Positions 29,547-40,103 of a stretch of 64,000 bases of DNA are shown here, in pieces. The notes below the pieces were generated by a model, which searched no databases, was not told the origin of the DNA, and saw nothing but the letters and a program-made list of their open reading frames with translations. The DNA comes from a bacterium. GTDB lineage: Bacteria > Babelota > Babeliae > Babelales > JAUWHS01. The stretch covers positions 1-64,000 of the forward strand of contig JBDRFY010000050.1 of NCBI GenBank assembly GCA_043818275.1, in the 5' to 3' direction. The stretch's first letter is position 1, and each line of letters starts with the position of its first letter. A program made the position numbers and the translations under genes.

Positions 29547-30065
29547 ATGGAAAAACAATTAAAAGTTTTTAATAATCCAAAAGTCCTAAACATTAAATCT
29601 TACGATTTTACAGTTTATACAGATGGAGCTTCCCGAGGAAACCCAGGAAAATCTGGGGCGGGAATTTTTGTTTTTGATAATAAAAAGAAAAAAGAAATTA
29701 TTAAAGAAAGTTTTTATCTGGATACAAAGACAAACAATCAGGCAGAATATTTGGCCCTTGCTTTAGCAGCTTTTTTAATTAATGAAAATATTAAAAATTT
29801 TTCCGAATATTCTTTTCAATTCTTAGCTGATTCTGAATTATTAATTAAACAAATGACGAATGAATACAAGATAAAAGATCCAATTTTAAAAAAATTAAAA
29901 ACACTGATTTTTTCGATTCTTAATGATTCAAATTACAACTTTCAACACATAAGAAGAGAAAAAAACACAAAAGCCGATGAGCTTGCAAATAAAGGAATTG
30001 ATTCTAAAGCAGGTACACCACATAAATTCACATTATTACTTCAAAAAAATAATCTATTCATATAA
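29547..30065 (+). CDS. rnhA: Ribonuclease HI family protein
   Basis: YTDGASRGNPG, TNNQAEY, DSELL, HIRREKNTKADELAN. Confidence 0.9.
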   Translation: MEKQLKVFNNPKVLNIKSYDFTVYTDGASRGNPGKSGAGIFVFDNKKKKEIIKESFYLDTKTNNQAEYLALALAAFLINENIKNFSEYSFQFLADSELLIKQMTNEYKIKDPILKKLKTLIFSILNDSNYNFQHIRREKNTKADELANKGIDSKAGTPHKFTLLLQKNNLFI

Positions 30066-30070
30066 GGAAC

Positions 30071-31540
30071 ATGAAAGATTTTAAGTTTCTCTTTTTTATT
30101 TTTATAATTTTAACCATTTATTTTAATCATCTTTATAGCTTAAAATTAACCCGACCCAAATGCGCATATTTAAATGACACTAAAGATATAATTCCTGATA
30201 ATTTTAAATCAATTTTTTTAAACAACCTAAATTTAGACGCCGAATTAAATGATTTGTCTTCCACAAATACTATTTTTACAAATTACAATAATTTAAATCT
30301 TGCCTACAATGAAACTTCAACATTACTAACAGACATTAAACCAACCTTAACAATTGAAACATTTGATACAATTAACGATAACGAAAAAATCATTGAATAT
30401 AGTCAACCTAAAATTATTAAAAATAAAATCAGGGTTTTATTAGATGAAATAAACTCAAAAGAACCAAATAATTTTTTCATTCAATCAAAAGAAGGTGTTA
30501 TTATTCAAACTTTACCAAAAACAACTTCTCCAATTTTATTGAAAAACAAAAAGGTATATATAAAAGTAAAAGATGATTCTTTATATTTAAGTAATGATGG
30601 ACAAGAATATAAAAAAGCAAAAAAGAAAGAAATTCTTATAAAACCGGTAAAAAAATATTTTTCATTTAATGGAAAATCATTTAATGGGGAAGTAAAGCTC
30701 TTAATAGATGAGAAACAAAATAAACTTTTTATAATTAATAATTTAAATCTGGAAGATTATATTTATTCAGTTCTGCGGTTTGAAAGTTACCCAACCTGGC
30801 CTAAAGATATGCAAAAAATTCAGGCAATAGCTTCCCGTTCATATGCATTTCATTGCATGAGACAAGCCAGAATCAAAAAAATTAAAAATCCATATGATAT
30901 AAAAAGAAGCAATCACCATCAGACATATAATGGAAAACATGACGCGAAACATTTAAAAGAAGCTGTAAAAGAAACAACTGGAGTAATTTTGACATATGAT
31001 AAAAAACCAATAATTGCAATGTTTGATGCTTGTTGTGGAGGAGTAATTCCTGCAAATATGAAAAATCCAGATTTTAAAAAAGCTCCTTATCTTGCAAGAG
31101 AAGAACGCTGTGTATTTTGCAAAAACTACACTCTTTATCACTGGAAAAAAGATTTACTATTTAATTCTTTTGTTAACAATTTAAAAAATAATCCTAAAAT
31201 TTCTGATCAAATTAATAAAATTGGTAAAATTTATGACATCAAAATAGCTGAAAAGGATAAAGCCGGAGTTGTTCACAAAATTAAATTTATTGGAAGTAAA
31301 AAAAATTCTATAGTAAATGGAAGAGATTTCTGGGAAAATCAAAGAAAAACAATCCGAAGCTTAAATTTCGATTTAAAAAAAATAAATGATCGCTTAATAA
31401 TTACAGGAAATGGTTTCGGGCATCAAATTGGCTTATGCCAACGTGGAGCACGCGAACTTCTAAATCGTGGATGGAATTATAAAAATATTCTTAAATTTTA
31501 TTATCCAAAAACGCAAATTGCCAAACTTAAATATTCATGA
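30071..31540 (+). CDS. SpoIID/LytB domain protein (lytic transglycosylase-like)
   Basis: NNLNLEDYIYSVL..E, QAIASRSYA, HQTYNG, GFGHQIGLCQRGA...ILKFYYP; N-terminal anchor. Confidence 0.88.
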   Translation: MKDFKFLFFIFIILTIYFNHLYSLKLTRPKCAYLNDTKDIIPDNFKSIFLNNLNLDAELNDLSSTNTIFTNYNNLNLAYNETSTLLTDIKPTLTIETFDTINDNEKIIEYSQPKIIKNKIRVLLDEINSKEPNNFFIQSKEGVIIQTLPKTTSPILLKNKKVYIKVKDDSLYLSNDGQEYKKAKKKEILIKPVKKYFSFNGKSFNGEVKLLIDEKQNKLFIINNLNLEDYIYSVLRFESYPTWPKDMQKIQAIASRSYAFHCMRQARIKKIKNPYDIKRSNHHQTYNGKHDAKHLKEAVKETTGVILTYDKKPIIAMFDACCGGVIPANMKNPDFKKAPYLAREERCVFCKNYTLYHWKKDLLFNSFVNNLKNNPKISDQINKIGKIYDIKIAEKDKAGVVHKIKFIGSKKNSIVNGRDFWENQRKTIRSLNFDLKKINDRLIITGNGFGHQIGLCQRGARELLNRGWNYKNILKFYYPKTQIAKLKYS

Positions 31541-31566
31541 TTTTGGGATAAAAAAAGGGGAGAAAA

Positions 31567-32064
31567 ATGCCAAATTACAAAGGGCATTTAATCGGAGGAT
31601 CAATAGCCTTTCTGGCAACAAATAAAATAATTGCTTTATCCTCAAATAACTTTGCAACAAATTTCAATCAAAATTGGTTAATTTATCTATTTTTTTGCTT
31701 AATTGGTTCACTTTTTCCAGACATTGATACCAAAAGCAAAATTCAACGATATTTTTACATTTTTATATTTTTAATCTTAATTAACTTAATAATTGATAAA
31801 AATTGGCAATTGATTGTAATTTTAACACCTATTTCACTCCTCCCAATGATAGTTCATCATCGTGGAATATTTCATAAATTCTGGTTTTTAAGTCTTTTAT
31901 CTTTAATTTTTTTAGCATTTACCTGGACTTATTTTCCAAATAACGTTAAAAATCTAACTTTTAGCTGCATTTTCTTTATTTCAGGTTGGTTATCCCACTT
32001 ACTATTGGATTATGGTATTTTGCGTTTTTTTAACAGAAAGATAATTAACCGATTTAAAATTTAA
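31567..32064 (+). CDS. Membrane metal-dependent hydrolase (YdjM-like)
   Basis: MPNYKGH, GSLFPDID, HRGIFH, SHLLLD. Confidence 0.85.
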   Translation: MPNYKGHLIGGSIAFLATNKIIALSSNNFATNFNQNWLIYLFFCLIGSLFPDIDTKSKIQRYFYIFIFLILINLIIDKNWQLIVILTPISLLPMIVHHRGIFHKFWFLSLLSLIFLAFTWTYFPNNVKNLTFSCIFFISGWLSHLLLDYGILRFFNRKIINRFKI

Positions 32065-32230
32065 TTTTTAATTTCATTTAGAATTTTTAAACTAAAAAAA
32101 TAACTATTATATCTAATTTTTTATGTTGCTTATCCAACAAGCCTTTGATTCCACATAATAACACGTATAAATTAAAACCAGGCTCAACTATAAGCTTAAA
32201 TGGAAGTTATTAATTTATTGGAGGTTTATC

Positions 32231-32803
32231 ATGAAAAAACTATGTAAAGTTTTATCATTAATTTTAGCAATTAATATTTTTGCAAATTCACAATCAAATG
32301 CTTTTCTTGGATTAGGAATACTTAGTAATGCAACAGGTTGGACCGCTTCTTGGTTTTGTAATAATCCACATGTTTCAAGTGCTACAAACACTGAACTTTC
32401 AAAACAATTAATGAAAAATTTTTACACTTTTGCTAAAAATTCTCCTGAGCTCGCTCAAAAATTATTAATTCAAACACAAAAACTCATTGCTAACTCAAAT
32501 ATAAATTGGGAAAACAGTAAAGAACTTGCATGTAAAACAACAACTATTGCAATAGAATTAATAAAACAAAATCCAGAAGTAACATTTTATACCGCACTTG
32601 GCTTAGTCTTAGTTGCAATATTAAAAAATCAATTGACCTGGACGATTAATAAAACAACTAACATAACAAAAGAAGCCGTAATATTAGGAACAAAAGCCTC
32701 ATTTAATACAGTAGCAGGAACAGCCAAATTAGGAATAAATATAGCCAGTTCACCTGCAATAATTACATCTAAGGTTCTTGGCTATGTAATAAATAAAATA
32801 TAA
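32231..32803 (+). CDS. Small secreted/membrane protein, conserved-leader family member 1
   Basis: GGAGG RBS; MKKLCKVLSLILAINIFANSQSNA leader; internal hydrophobic helix. Confidence 0.65.
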   Translation: MKKLCKVLSLILAINIFANSQSNAFLGLGILSNATGWTASWFCNNPHVSSATNTELSKQLMKNFYTFAKNSPELAQKLLIQTQKLIANSNINWENSKELACKTTTIAIELIKQNPEVTFYTALGLVLVAILKNQLTWTINKTTNITKEAVILGTKASFNTVAGTAKLGINIASSPAIITSKVLGYVINKI

Positions 32804-32840
32804 TTAGTTTAATTATATGATTTTTACTTGGAGGTTTATT

Positions 32841-33284
32841 ATGAATAAAATATTCAAAACATTGTTTTTAATTTTAGCAATTAATGTTTTTTCGAATACA
32901 CAATCAAATGCATGTGGGTGGCTTTATTCTTGCCCTAAAGAAACTTATACTGGTGAATTGGCAAAAATTGGGAACGTTTTACTGGACAGCGGAAAAACAG
33001 CTTTATGCTTAACATTAAAAGATGGTAAAAATTTAGTAGCAAATAAAATTGTTCCAACTATTGCAAATAATCCTTATTTATTAACGTCAAGTGTTGGTCT
33101 TGCTTTTTTATATACTTTATACCTTGGTAAATATCCAAAAGGCACAATTAAAAATACATTTAAATATGGTCTATCTCCAATGTGGTATCCTACGTACTAC
33201 ACTTGGAAAAAATTAAGGCAAGAAGATAAAATTAAATCATTAGAAAAAAGACTCGAAGACGCTGTAAAAATAAAACAAGCTTAA
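32841..33284 (+). CDS. Small secreted/membrane protein, conserved-leader family member 2
   Basis: ATG at 32841 after GGAGG; MNKIFKTLFLILAINVFSNTQSNA leader. Confidence 0.65.
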   Translation: MNKIFKTLFLILAINVFSNTQSNACGWLYSCPKETYTGELAKIGNVLLDSGKTALCLTLKDGKNLVANKIVPTIANNPYLLTSSVGLAFLYTLYLGKYPKGTIKNTFKYGLSPMWYPTYYTWKKLRQEDKIKSLEKRLEDAVKIKQA

Positions 33285-33288
33285 AAAT

Positions 33289-33309
33289 ACGCCGGATTTT
33301 TTCCGGCGT
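33289..33309. terminator. Hairpin terminator between convergent genes
   Basis: acgccgga-ttttt-tccggcgt followed by a T-tract. Confidence 0.75.
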
Positions 33310-33317
33310 TTCTTTTT

Positions 33318-34127
33318 TTAAATATTTAATCTAAATAATTTTTTAGCATTCTGTGTAGTTGCATCTGCCAATTCATCAACAGAAATTTTTTTAATCTCAG
33401 CAATCAAATCTGCAAATAACGGAATGTAAGCAGGTGAATTTTGTTTGCCTCTAAATTGTTGCGGCGGCAAAAATGGAGCATCTGTTTCTAAAAGAATTTT
33501 ATCCAGCGAAACACTTTCAACAACTTCTCTTAATTTTTCATTTTTGGGATAAGTTACATGCCCATCAATGCCAACATAAAATCCCCACTTTGTAACGAGA
33601 GAAGCAATATCAACACCATCAGAAAAACAATGAAATACTCCTCGTAATTTTCCAGTACATTCTTCAACAATTTTTAATGTTTCATCAGTTGCTTCACGCA
33701 TGTGAATCACAACAAGCAAATCATATTTTAATGCCAGTTCAACATGAAACTTAAACGCTTCAATTTGTCGGCGTTTATCAAAAGGCTTATGAAAAAAATC
33801 TAAACCTGTTTCTCCAACAGCCACAATTTTATTATCACGTTTATTTATTATCCATTCTTCAATTTTTTTTACATCTTCAAGCCAATTTGGAGTAAGATCG
33901 CACGGATGAATACCAATTGCAGCAAAAACATTATTAAATTTTTTTGCAATTTTTATTGTATTCAAACTTTCAACAACACTTGTTCCTACATTTATTAAAT
34001 ATTTAACACCTACTTTGCCAGATTCTTTTAAAATTTGCCCTATTCTTTCAAAATTCTCATTTTTTAAAGGAGTGTCAAAATCTTTTTTTACCATCATATT
34101 TAAATGACAATGCGTATCAACAAACAT
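33318..34127 (-). CDS. tatD: TatD family hydrolase/nuclease
   Basis: DTHCHL, GIHP, VGETGLD, IHMRE, FHCF, LETDAP. Confidence 0.93.
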   Translation of the reverse strand: MFVDTHCHLNMMVKKDFDTPLKNENFERIGQILKESGKVGVKYLINVGTSVVESLNTIKIAKKFNNVFAAIGIHPCDLTPNWLEDVKKIEEWIINKRDNKIVAVGETGLDFFHKPFDKRRQIEAFKFHVELALKYDLLVVIHMREATDETLKIVEECTGKLRGVFHCFSDGVDIASLVTKWGFYVGIDGHVTYPKNEKLREVVESVSLDKILLETDAPFLPPQQFRGKQNSPAYIPLFADLIAEIKKISVDELADATTQNAKKLFRLNI

Positions 34128-34375
34128 AATTAACCCTTTTTTTTAATTTACATTTCTTCATCTCGTAAAATTATAATCATTTCATAATATTTTTTTAATT
34201 CTAACAGAATTTAATTTTGCCCTAAAAAACACTTTTTACATAAAAAATGACATTTTATTACTTGTTTTACAACGAATGCCTTTGAAAGTAAAAATATTAC
34301 ATTTAAAATCTAAGTAAGCTTTGCAAGGTGTAAAGCTTGAATAATTAGCAATTTTAAATATTATTGGGGGTTTTC

Positions 34376-34849
34376 ATGAAAAAACTTTTTAAGGTTTTAT
34401 TTCTTGTTTTGGCTATGAATGCTATGAGTCAAACAAAATCTGAAGCTTATGGACCAATGACAGGCATACAAATGTTAGAACTTGTTGCACCATGGGCAAT
34501 ACAAGCAACTGAATATGTTACTCCTTATGTTACAACAGCCACTGAAACAGCCAAAGATATCTGCTTATCTGTAGGCGGAGGGTACTGTGGTATAGCCGTA
34601 GCTGCTCCAACTGCTTTAGCAATAGCCGCAACCTCTATGTTTGCGGGTTTTAATTATTTATTTTCTTCGACAAAACCTACAAAAAAAATAGAAAAAATAA
34701 TTGAAACAGTTACACCTGAAGTAAAAGCTTCACTTATAACAACCGCATTAGAATTAGTTAAACAACACCCAGGGTTAACAACTGCTTCAGCATTACTTTT
34801 AGTCATTCTTGCATACAAAACAAAACAAGCTTTAACTCAAAAGATATAA
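34376..34849 (+). CDS. Small secreted/membrane protein, conserved-leader family member 3
   Basis: ATG at 34376 after GGGGG; MKKLFKVLFLVLAMNAMSQTKSEA; TTALELVKQHP matches TIAIELIKQNP of 32231-32803. Confidence 0.65.
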   Translation: MKKLFKVLFLVLAMNAMSQTKSEAYGPMTGIQMLELVAPWAIQATEYVTPYVTTATETAKDICLSVGGGYCGIAVAAPTALAIAATSMFAGFNYLFSSTKPTKKIEKIIETVTPEVKASLITTALELVKQHPGLTTASALLLVILAYKTKQALTQKI

Positions 34850-34952
34850 TTCCTGAAATAAAAAACAAGAAGTTAATAAAGAACATAAAAATAAAAACTT
34901 TAAATATAAATATAAACCAAATAAAAAAATTGCTCTTGGAATTATAAAAAAC

Positions 34953-34996
34953 AAACTCATCGAGACCCTTTATTAAACAAGGGTCTCGATGAGTTT
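34953..34996. terminator. Long perfect hairpin, probable terminator
   Basis: aaactcatcgagaccctt-N8-aagggtctcgatgagttt, 18-bp perfect stem. Confidence 0.7.
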
Positions 34997-35332
34997 TGTG
35001 ATTATATAAAGGCTAGAATTAAAAATCCATTGTTGCTATTCGAATAAATCGCTCTTTCCCTAGAAAATTGTCGTAATTACCCTATTAATAGGAGACCTTG
35101 TATGTAAACTTCTTAAGTTGACAGCATTGGTAAAATTGCCGGGACTTTTTTTAATTCCAAAAAGAACCTAATTAAATAAACAGCATTCTTAAATACAAAA
35201 AAATTTAATCTTAAAAGTTTCATTCAGAAACAAATAAGCAAAAAAGCTTTTAAATTCAATATAAAATTATTCTGACACAATAATTTCATTAATAAATCTA
35301 GGAAAACAACCGAATGTTTTTATCTTTTTTTC

Positions 35333-35361
35333 TTGACAAAAAAGAAAAGTAAATTTACATT
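35333..35361 (+). promoter_or_regulatory. Sigma70-type promoter for HU gene
   Basis: TTGACA (35333-35338), 17 nt, TACATT (35356-35361). Confidence 0.6.
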
Positions 35362-35416
35362 TCCATTGGATGTTTCTGTAAAAACAACCATAATTCTATT
35401 TTATAAAGGAGAGGAT

Positions 35417-35695
35417 ATGAACAAAAGTGAACTCATCAACGCATTGAGCGAAGAAACCAATTTCAGCAAAAAAGATGTAGCTAAAGTTTTAGCTTCCTTC
35501 ACAAGAATCATCGAAAGAACACTCAGAAAGGGTGAAAAAGTTTCCTTAACAGGCTTTGGAACATACTGGATTTCAAGACGCCCTGCACGCATTGGAATTA
35601 ATCCTGCAACAAAGGAAAGAATTAAACTTCCTGCAGTAAGTGTTCCAAGATTTAAACCTGGCAAACATCTTAAAGAAGAAGTTCGCTCCCTATAA
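35417..35695 (+). CDS. hup: HU family DNA-binding protein
   Basis: MNKSELI start after AGGAGAGG; GFGTY...RPARIGINPAT...PRFKPGK. Confidence 0.93.
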   Translation: MNKSELINALSEETNFSKKDVAKVLASFTRIIERTLRKGEKVSLTGFGTYWISRRPARIGINPATKERIKLPAVSVPRFKPGKHLKEEVRSL

Positions 35696-35709
35696 TTTCT
35701 GAAACAATT

Positions 35710-36573
35710 ATGAGCAGAACACAACAAGTTTACAAAATTGCAGGGCCGATAATTTTATCGGCCCTGTCTATTTTGATAAGTTTTATCATTTTGCAACCAA
35801 TTGCACTGCATCTAAATCCAAATTTCAATCTTCTTGCAAGCCGGGGAATTGGAAAAGTTGCATTTGTAACAATGATTATTTTGCAGCTTTTGCTTTTTCT
35901 TACCACCCAATCACAAAAATTTTTAAATAAATTCTTACAAACATCCCTTTATTTTTTTAAAGAAAAAAAATGGGTTAAAACTTTTTTAATTTATTTTGTA
36001 ATATTTTTTATTCTTCACTCTCTTCTTTTAGTTCTTTTTTATTTTTTAGGTTATGCACAATACAACCCAAATTGGGGAAATGTTAATATTGGATTAATAC
36101 TAAAACTTATTTGGGGATTTTTTGTTGTTTTTATGCTTGCCTGGACTGAAGAATTAATTTTTCGGGGCATGATTTATCAATACATAAACCAGGAATTCAG
36201 CAAAATAACCAGCCTCTTTTCTGCCTCTTTAATTTTTATGCTGGCTCACGATTTAACAAACCCGTTAAATTTAATTACAAAAAACTGGAAACTTGGCCTT
36301 GGATTATTCTTACTCGGCTTTTTATTAAATACCGTTTTTGCCATAACTAATAAACTTTATGCCGGAATGGGAATACATGCCGGTCTGGTTTTTGTAAAAG
36401 TTGTTCTCAGAAAAGCAAGATTTTTAATCATTCCTGGCGCCTGTTTGCCATTCTGGTTAAATTCAGATTTAAGACAATGTTTAATTGTTCATATTTTGTT
36501 CGTTCTTTTAATTACAGGTTTGTTAATAAAATATAGAAAAATTTTATTAAATATTAAAACCCCACAAGTCTAA
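35710..36573 (+). CDS. CPBP (CAAX/Abi) intramembrane metalloprotease
   Basis: EELIFRG, FMLAH, IHAG motifs; multiple TMs. Confidence 0.85.
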   Translation: MSRTQQVYKIAGPIILSALSILISFIILQPIALHLNPNFNLLASRGIGKVAFVTMIILQLLLFLTTQSQKFLNKFLQTSLYFFKEKKWVKTFLIYFVIFFILHSLLLVLFYFLGYAQYNPNWGNVNIGLILKLIWGFFVVFMLAWTEELIFRGMIYQYINQEFSKITSLFSASLIFMLAHDLTNPLNLITKNWKLGLGLFLLGFLLNTVFAITNKLYAGMGIHAGLVFVKVVLRKARFLIIPGACLPFWLNSDLRQCLIVHILFVLLITGLLIKYRKILLNIKTPQV

Positions 36574-37257
36574 CACTTCTTCTTTAACTTTTAGGTCCTG
36601 AATCATTTGAGTCCAATCCCGTTTTCCCAAACCCTCATTTAAGGCCGGAACTTTATTTCCTGCAAGATATATCTCTTTAATTTTTTTATTTCGCTTAAAC
36701 AATGAAACTGGAATATGCGTTATTTTGTTATCTGCCAAATTAATCTGTTCCAGTGCAGACAAATTTCTGAATAAATCTCTTTTTAATATTTTTATATCAT
36801 TATCAGATAAATCCAGATCTTTTAATTTTCTCTGATTCATAAAAATTTGTGGCTGCAATTCCTTTATTTTATTGTTACTTAAATCCAGTCGTACCAACTT
36901 TTTCAAAGGAGCAAACGCGCCTTTTTCAATTTCACTTATTTTATTAAAAGACAAATCAAGTATTTCTAGGTTTCTAAATCTATTCAAATCATCCCGTTCT
37001 ATCTTTTTGATTTTGTTATGATCCATGCGAATTTCTTTTATTTTTTTGCACGTCGAACCAAGGGCACTCTGAATGCCATCCAATGATTTTATTTGCAATT
37101 TAGACAAATCCAGGATTCCATTTTTTTTAGAATCTTCAATCCGTTGCTGCAAAAGATTACGAATGTATTCTTGCTCTTTTTTAGATTTGGGCTTAGAAAT
37201 TAATAAATTTGAAAATAAGAAAGAAAAACAAACAACAAACAAAACAATTTTTTTCAT
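36547..37257 (-). CDS. Secreted leucine-rich repeat protein
   Basis: Signal peptide; regular 24-aa LxxLDLSxNxIxxIxxxxF repeats. Confidence 0.88.
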   Translation of the reverse strand: MKKIVLFVVCFSFLFSNLLISKPKSKKEQEYIRNLLQQRIEDSKKNGILDLSKLQIKSLDGIQSALGSTCKKIKEIRMDHNKIKKIERDDLNRFRNLEILDLSFNKISEIEKGAFAPLKKLVRLDLSNNKIKELQPQIFMNQRKLKDLDLSDNDIKILKRDLFRNLSALEQINLADNKITHIPVSLFKRNKKIKEIYLAGNKVPALNEGLGKRDWTQMIQDLKVKEEVLDLWGFNI

Positions 37258-37337
37258 AACCTTTCTCCTTAATTAATTTGAATATAAGCAAAAATGATTA
37301 TAAAAAACTATTTTTTAAACTGTAAACAAATTAATTT

Positions 37338-40064
37338 TTAACCGCGCTCTTCAATATTTATAAAAGAACCTGAAGAAGTTTTATCAACAATAAAATGAAT
37401 TGGAAAATTATCTTTAAAAATTGATAAATGCGAAACAACTATAATTTTGGCAAAATCCTGTTGTATTACATAAATAGAATCCATTAAACGGCTTAACCCT
37501 TCCTCATCCTGGGAACCAAATCCCTCGTCAATTATCAATGTTTGTAACGGTGTACCTGCCCTGCGGGCCAATAATTTTGAAATTGCTATGCGCAACGCAA
37601 AATCAACGCGAAAGGCCTCTCCTCCGGAAAACATTTCATACGGACGCATACCAATTGAATCTGAAATTTGTATATCCAGAGTCTCTTTTACGCCACCCTT
37701 TTTCAAATCACGCAAAGATTCAAAAAATATTTGTGACTGATTATCTGTAAGTCTTGATAAAATTTTATTTGCTTCCTCTTCAATTTCTGGAATTGCCTGT
37801 TCAATCAAAAGAGCTTGCAGACCATCTTTACTGAATGTTTTAACTAAAAAATCATAATATTGAATTTCTTCATTTATTTTATTTATTTTTTTCTCTTTTT
37901 GTTGAATTTCAATTTTTAAATTTTTAATGCGGTCAAGCTCGTTTTTTAACTGCCCCAATTTTTGTAATAAAAAATCCTTTTCCTTTAAAACATCTGCTAT
38001 TTCTTTTTTTCCGTTTGTTATTTTTTGGGCTAAATCTTTTATCTTTTTTTCGTCAAAATTTAACTCTTTCTTTTTTATTTCTTTATTTTTTAACTGATTT
38101 TTAATCTCTTTTAATTGAGCAACAAACAAAGAAATTTTATAACGCCTTTCCTGCTGTTTTGATAACTCACCACCAAGGCTTTTTAAATCAGACAAACGCT
38201 CTTCCACTTTTTGTAAATCTTTTTGTAATTTCTCATGCGCCCTTTTATCATATTTATTTTTTTCTAAAGATTTTTCTAATTCTAAAAGAGCCTCGCTTAT
38301 TTGCTTTAGTTTTAAATTATTTTCTATCCCTTTTTTTAATTCTTTTTCTTTTTCCGTTAAATTATTCTGAATTATTCTGGCCTTTAAAATTGCCTCTTTT
38401 ATTTTTAAATTTAATTCTTCAAAAAGTTTTTTTTCTTTTTTTATTTCCAACTTAATTAATTCTATTGTTTTAAACAGTTCTTCTTTTTTAATTAATATTT
38501 TTTTGTATTCTTCTTCTGTTTTTTGCATATTTTGTAATTGTTTATGTTGATCCAAAAGAACAATCTTTAATTTTTTCAATATTCTGGAAACTTTATCCAT
38601 TTGGTGATTAAAAAATTTATCTGAAATTTTAAATTTATCTGCTAAAAACTTTTTGCGCGAAATAGTTAATAACTGCTGGCATAAAGGACAAGCTGGACTT
38701 TCATGGATTTTTATTGTTTCTGATTTTTGTTGTATATCTTTAATCTGCAATTTTAAATGATTTCCTCTCTGAATAATAACCTGATAATAAGACCGTCTTT
38801 TTTCAAATTGCGATTTAACCTTTTCAAGCTTGGAAATAAAATCATTCTGATTCCTTAAATTCTCTTCAAACCTTAAAAGTTCTTTTTGATGATTTTTTAT
38901 TTTATTTTCAAGTTCAATAATAGATTTATCTTTTTGTTCAGATAAAATTTCCGCCTGTTTTTTATTTAGTAATTCTTTTTCCAAATCAAGTTTTATCCGG
39001 TAAATTTCCTGTTCCAATGTTGATTGAAACAGATTACTCTCCTTTTGATATTCCGATTTTTTTTTCAGAAGCTCTGCCTGAATATTTAAATTTTCTTGTT
39101 GCGCTTTTAATAAAGCTTTATTTTCTGCTGCCAGGTTATTTTTTAACTTTTCGAGTTCATCTAAAGATTCATGCTTTAAAGATTTATAATGAGCAAGCTT
39201 CCATTTAGAAACTAATGGCATAAAATCCGATTCTTTTGCAAGACAAATTCCTTTAAGTTCTTCTGTCTCTTTTTCTAAATTCAAAAAAGTTCTTTGTTGC
39301 TCCTGAAAAACAAGATTTTCTTTTTCTAAATCTAAAATAACTTCTTGTTTTTTACTTAAATCATGATTTATATCTTTTAATTTTTTAGATTCTTGCCCGT
39401 CTTCCTGTTTTATTTTTTCTTCTTTTGTAATTTCCTCTTTGGATGTCTGCAAAATATTATTTAACAATTTAGCATCATCTGATAATCTTTTTTCTTTTTC
39501 TGCGGCTAATTGTTTTAATTTTTCATATTTATCCAAGCCTAAAATATTTGCCAAAATTTGTTTTCGTTCTTTGGGTGATTTTTTGGAAAATTCATTAGCC
39601 TGTCCCTGTCGCAAAAAAGCTGTATTTGAAAAAGTTTCAAAATCAAGACCAATTAAATTTTCAATTTTTTCCTGAGTTTGCCGAATTGTTTTTTCAGTCA
39701 GTGTTATAAATTTATCTTTTGACTCATCAAATAATTCAAAATCTAAAGCGACCAAAGGCTTTCCATAAGTTTTTGTATACTCACGCCGAACATTATAAAG
39801 GCTGCCATTAAAATTAAATTCCAGAGCAACCATCATCTGAGTTTGGCCCAAATGAATTAGTCCTGAATCAGCTTTAATCGTGGCGGTAGTTTTTCTTGCT
39901 TCCCCCCACAGCGCCCAGGTCATTGCATCAAGAAGAGCCGATTTTCCATTGCCATTTTTACCGGATAAACAAATTAATGGATAATCTTTAAAATCAATTT
40001 CTTGAAGAGAATTTCCGTAACTTAAAAAATTTTTTATCTTTATTTTTATAGGAATCATAGACAA
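37338..40064 (-). CDS. sbcC: SbcC/Rad50-type SMC ATPase
   Basis: GKNGNGKS Walker A, long coiled coil, CPLC zinc hook, FSGGE signature, IIDEGFGSQD; start may be the ATG at 40058. Confidence 0.85.
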   Translation of the reverse strand: MSMIPIKIKIKNFLSYGNSLQEIDFKDYPLICLSGKNGNGKSALLDAMTWALWGEARKTTATIKADSGLIHLGQTQMMVALEFNFNGSLYNVRREYTKTYGKPLVALDFELFDESKDKFITLTEKTIRQTQEKIENLIGLDFETFSNTAFLRQGQANEFSKKSPKERKQILANILGLDKYEKLKQLAAEKEKRLSDDAKLLNNILQTSKEEITKEEKIKQEDGQESKKLKDINHDLSKKQEVILDLEKENLVFQEQQRTFLNLEKETEELKGICLAKESDFMPLVSKWKLAHYKSLKHESLDELEKLKNNLAAENKALLKAQQENLNIQAELLKKKSEYQKESNLFQSTLEQEIYRIKLDLEKELLNKKQAEILSEQKDKSIIELENKIKNHQKELLRFEENLRNQNDFISKLEKVKSQFEKRRSYYQVIIQRGNHLKLQIKDIQQKSETIKIHESPACPLCQQLLTISRKKFLADKFKISDKFFNHQMDKVSRILKKLKIVLLDQHKQLQNMQKTEEEYKKILIKKEELFKTIELIKLEIKKEKKLFEELNLKIKEAILKARIIQNNLTEKEKELKKGIENNLKLKQISEALLELEKSLEKNKYDKRAHEKLQKDLQKVEERLSDLKSLGGELSKQQERRYKISLFVAQLKEIKNQLKNKEIKKKELNFDEKKIKDLAQKITNGKKEIADVLKEKDFLLQKLGQLKNELDRIKNLKIEIQQKEKKINKINEEIQYYDFLVKTFSKDGLQALLIEQAIPEIEEEANKILSRLTDNQSQIFFESLRDLKKGGVKETLDIQISDSIGMRPYEMFSGGEAFRVDFALRIAISKLLARRAGTPLQTLIIDEGFGSQDEEGLSRLMDSIYVIQQDFAKIIVVSHLSIFKDNFPIHFIVDKTSSGSFINIEERG

Positions 40065-40103
40065 CTCAAATTATTATTCATAAATTTAATTTTTCTACCG
40101 AAC

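Noticed and set aside
35000..35330. Possible ncRNA (e.g. 6S) upstream of HU
   Set aside because: Only weak terminal complementarity and a short cctattaatagg palindrome; no recognisable family motif. A covariance-model search would be needed.
35333..35416. N-terminal extension of HU from a TTG start
   Set aside because: The TTG is part of a TTGACA -35 box; the RBS and family consensus support ATG at 35417.
35401..35727. 108-aa minus-strand ORF
   Set aside because: Antisense shadow of the HU gene.
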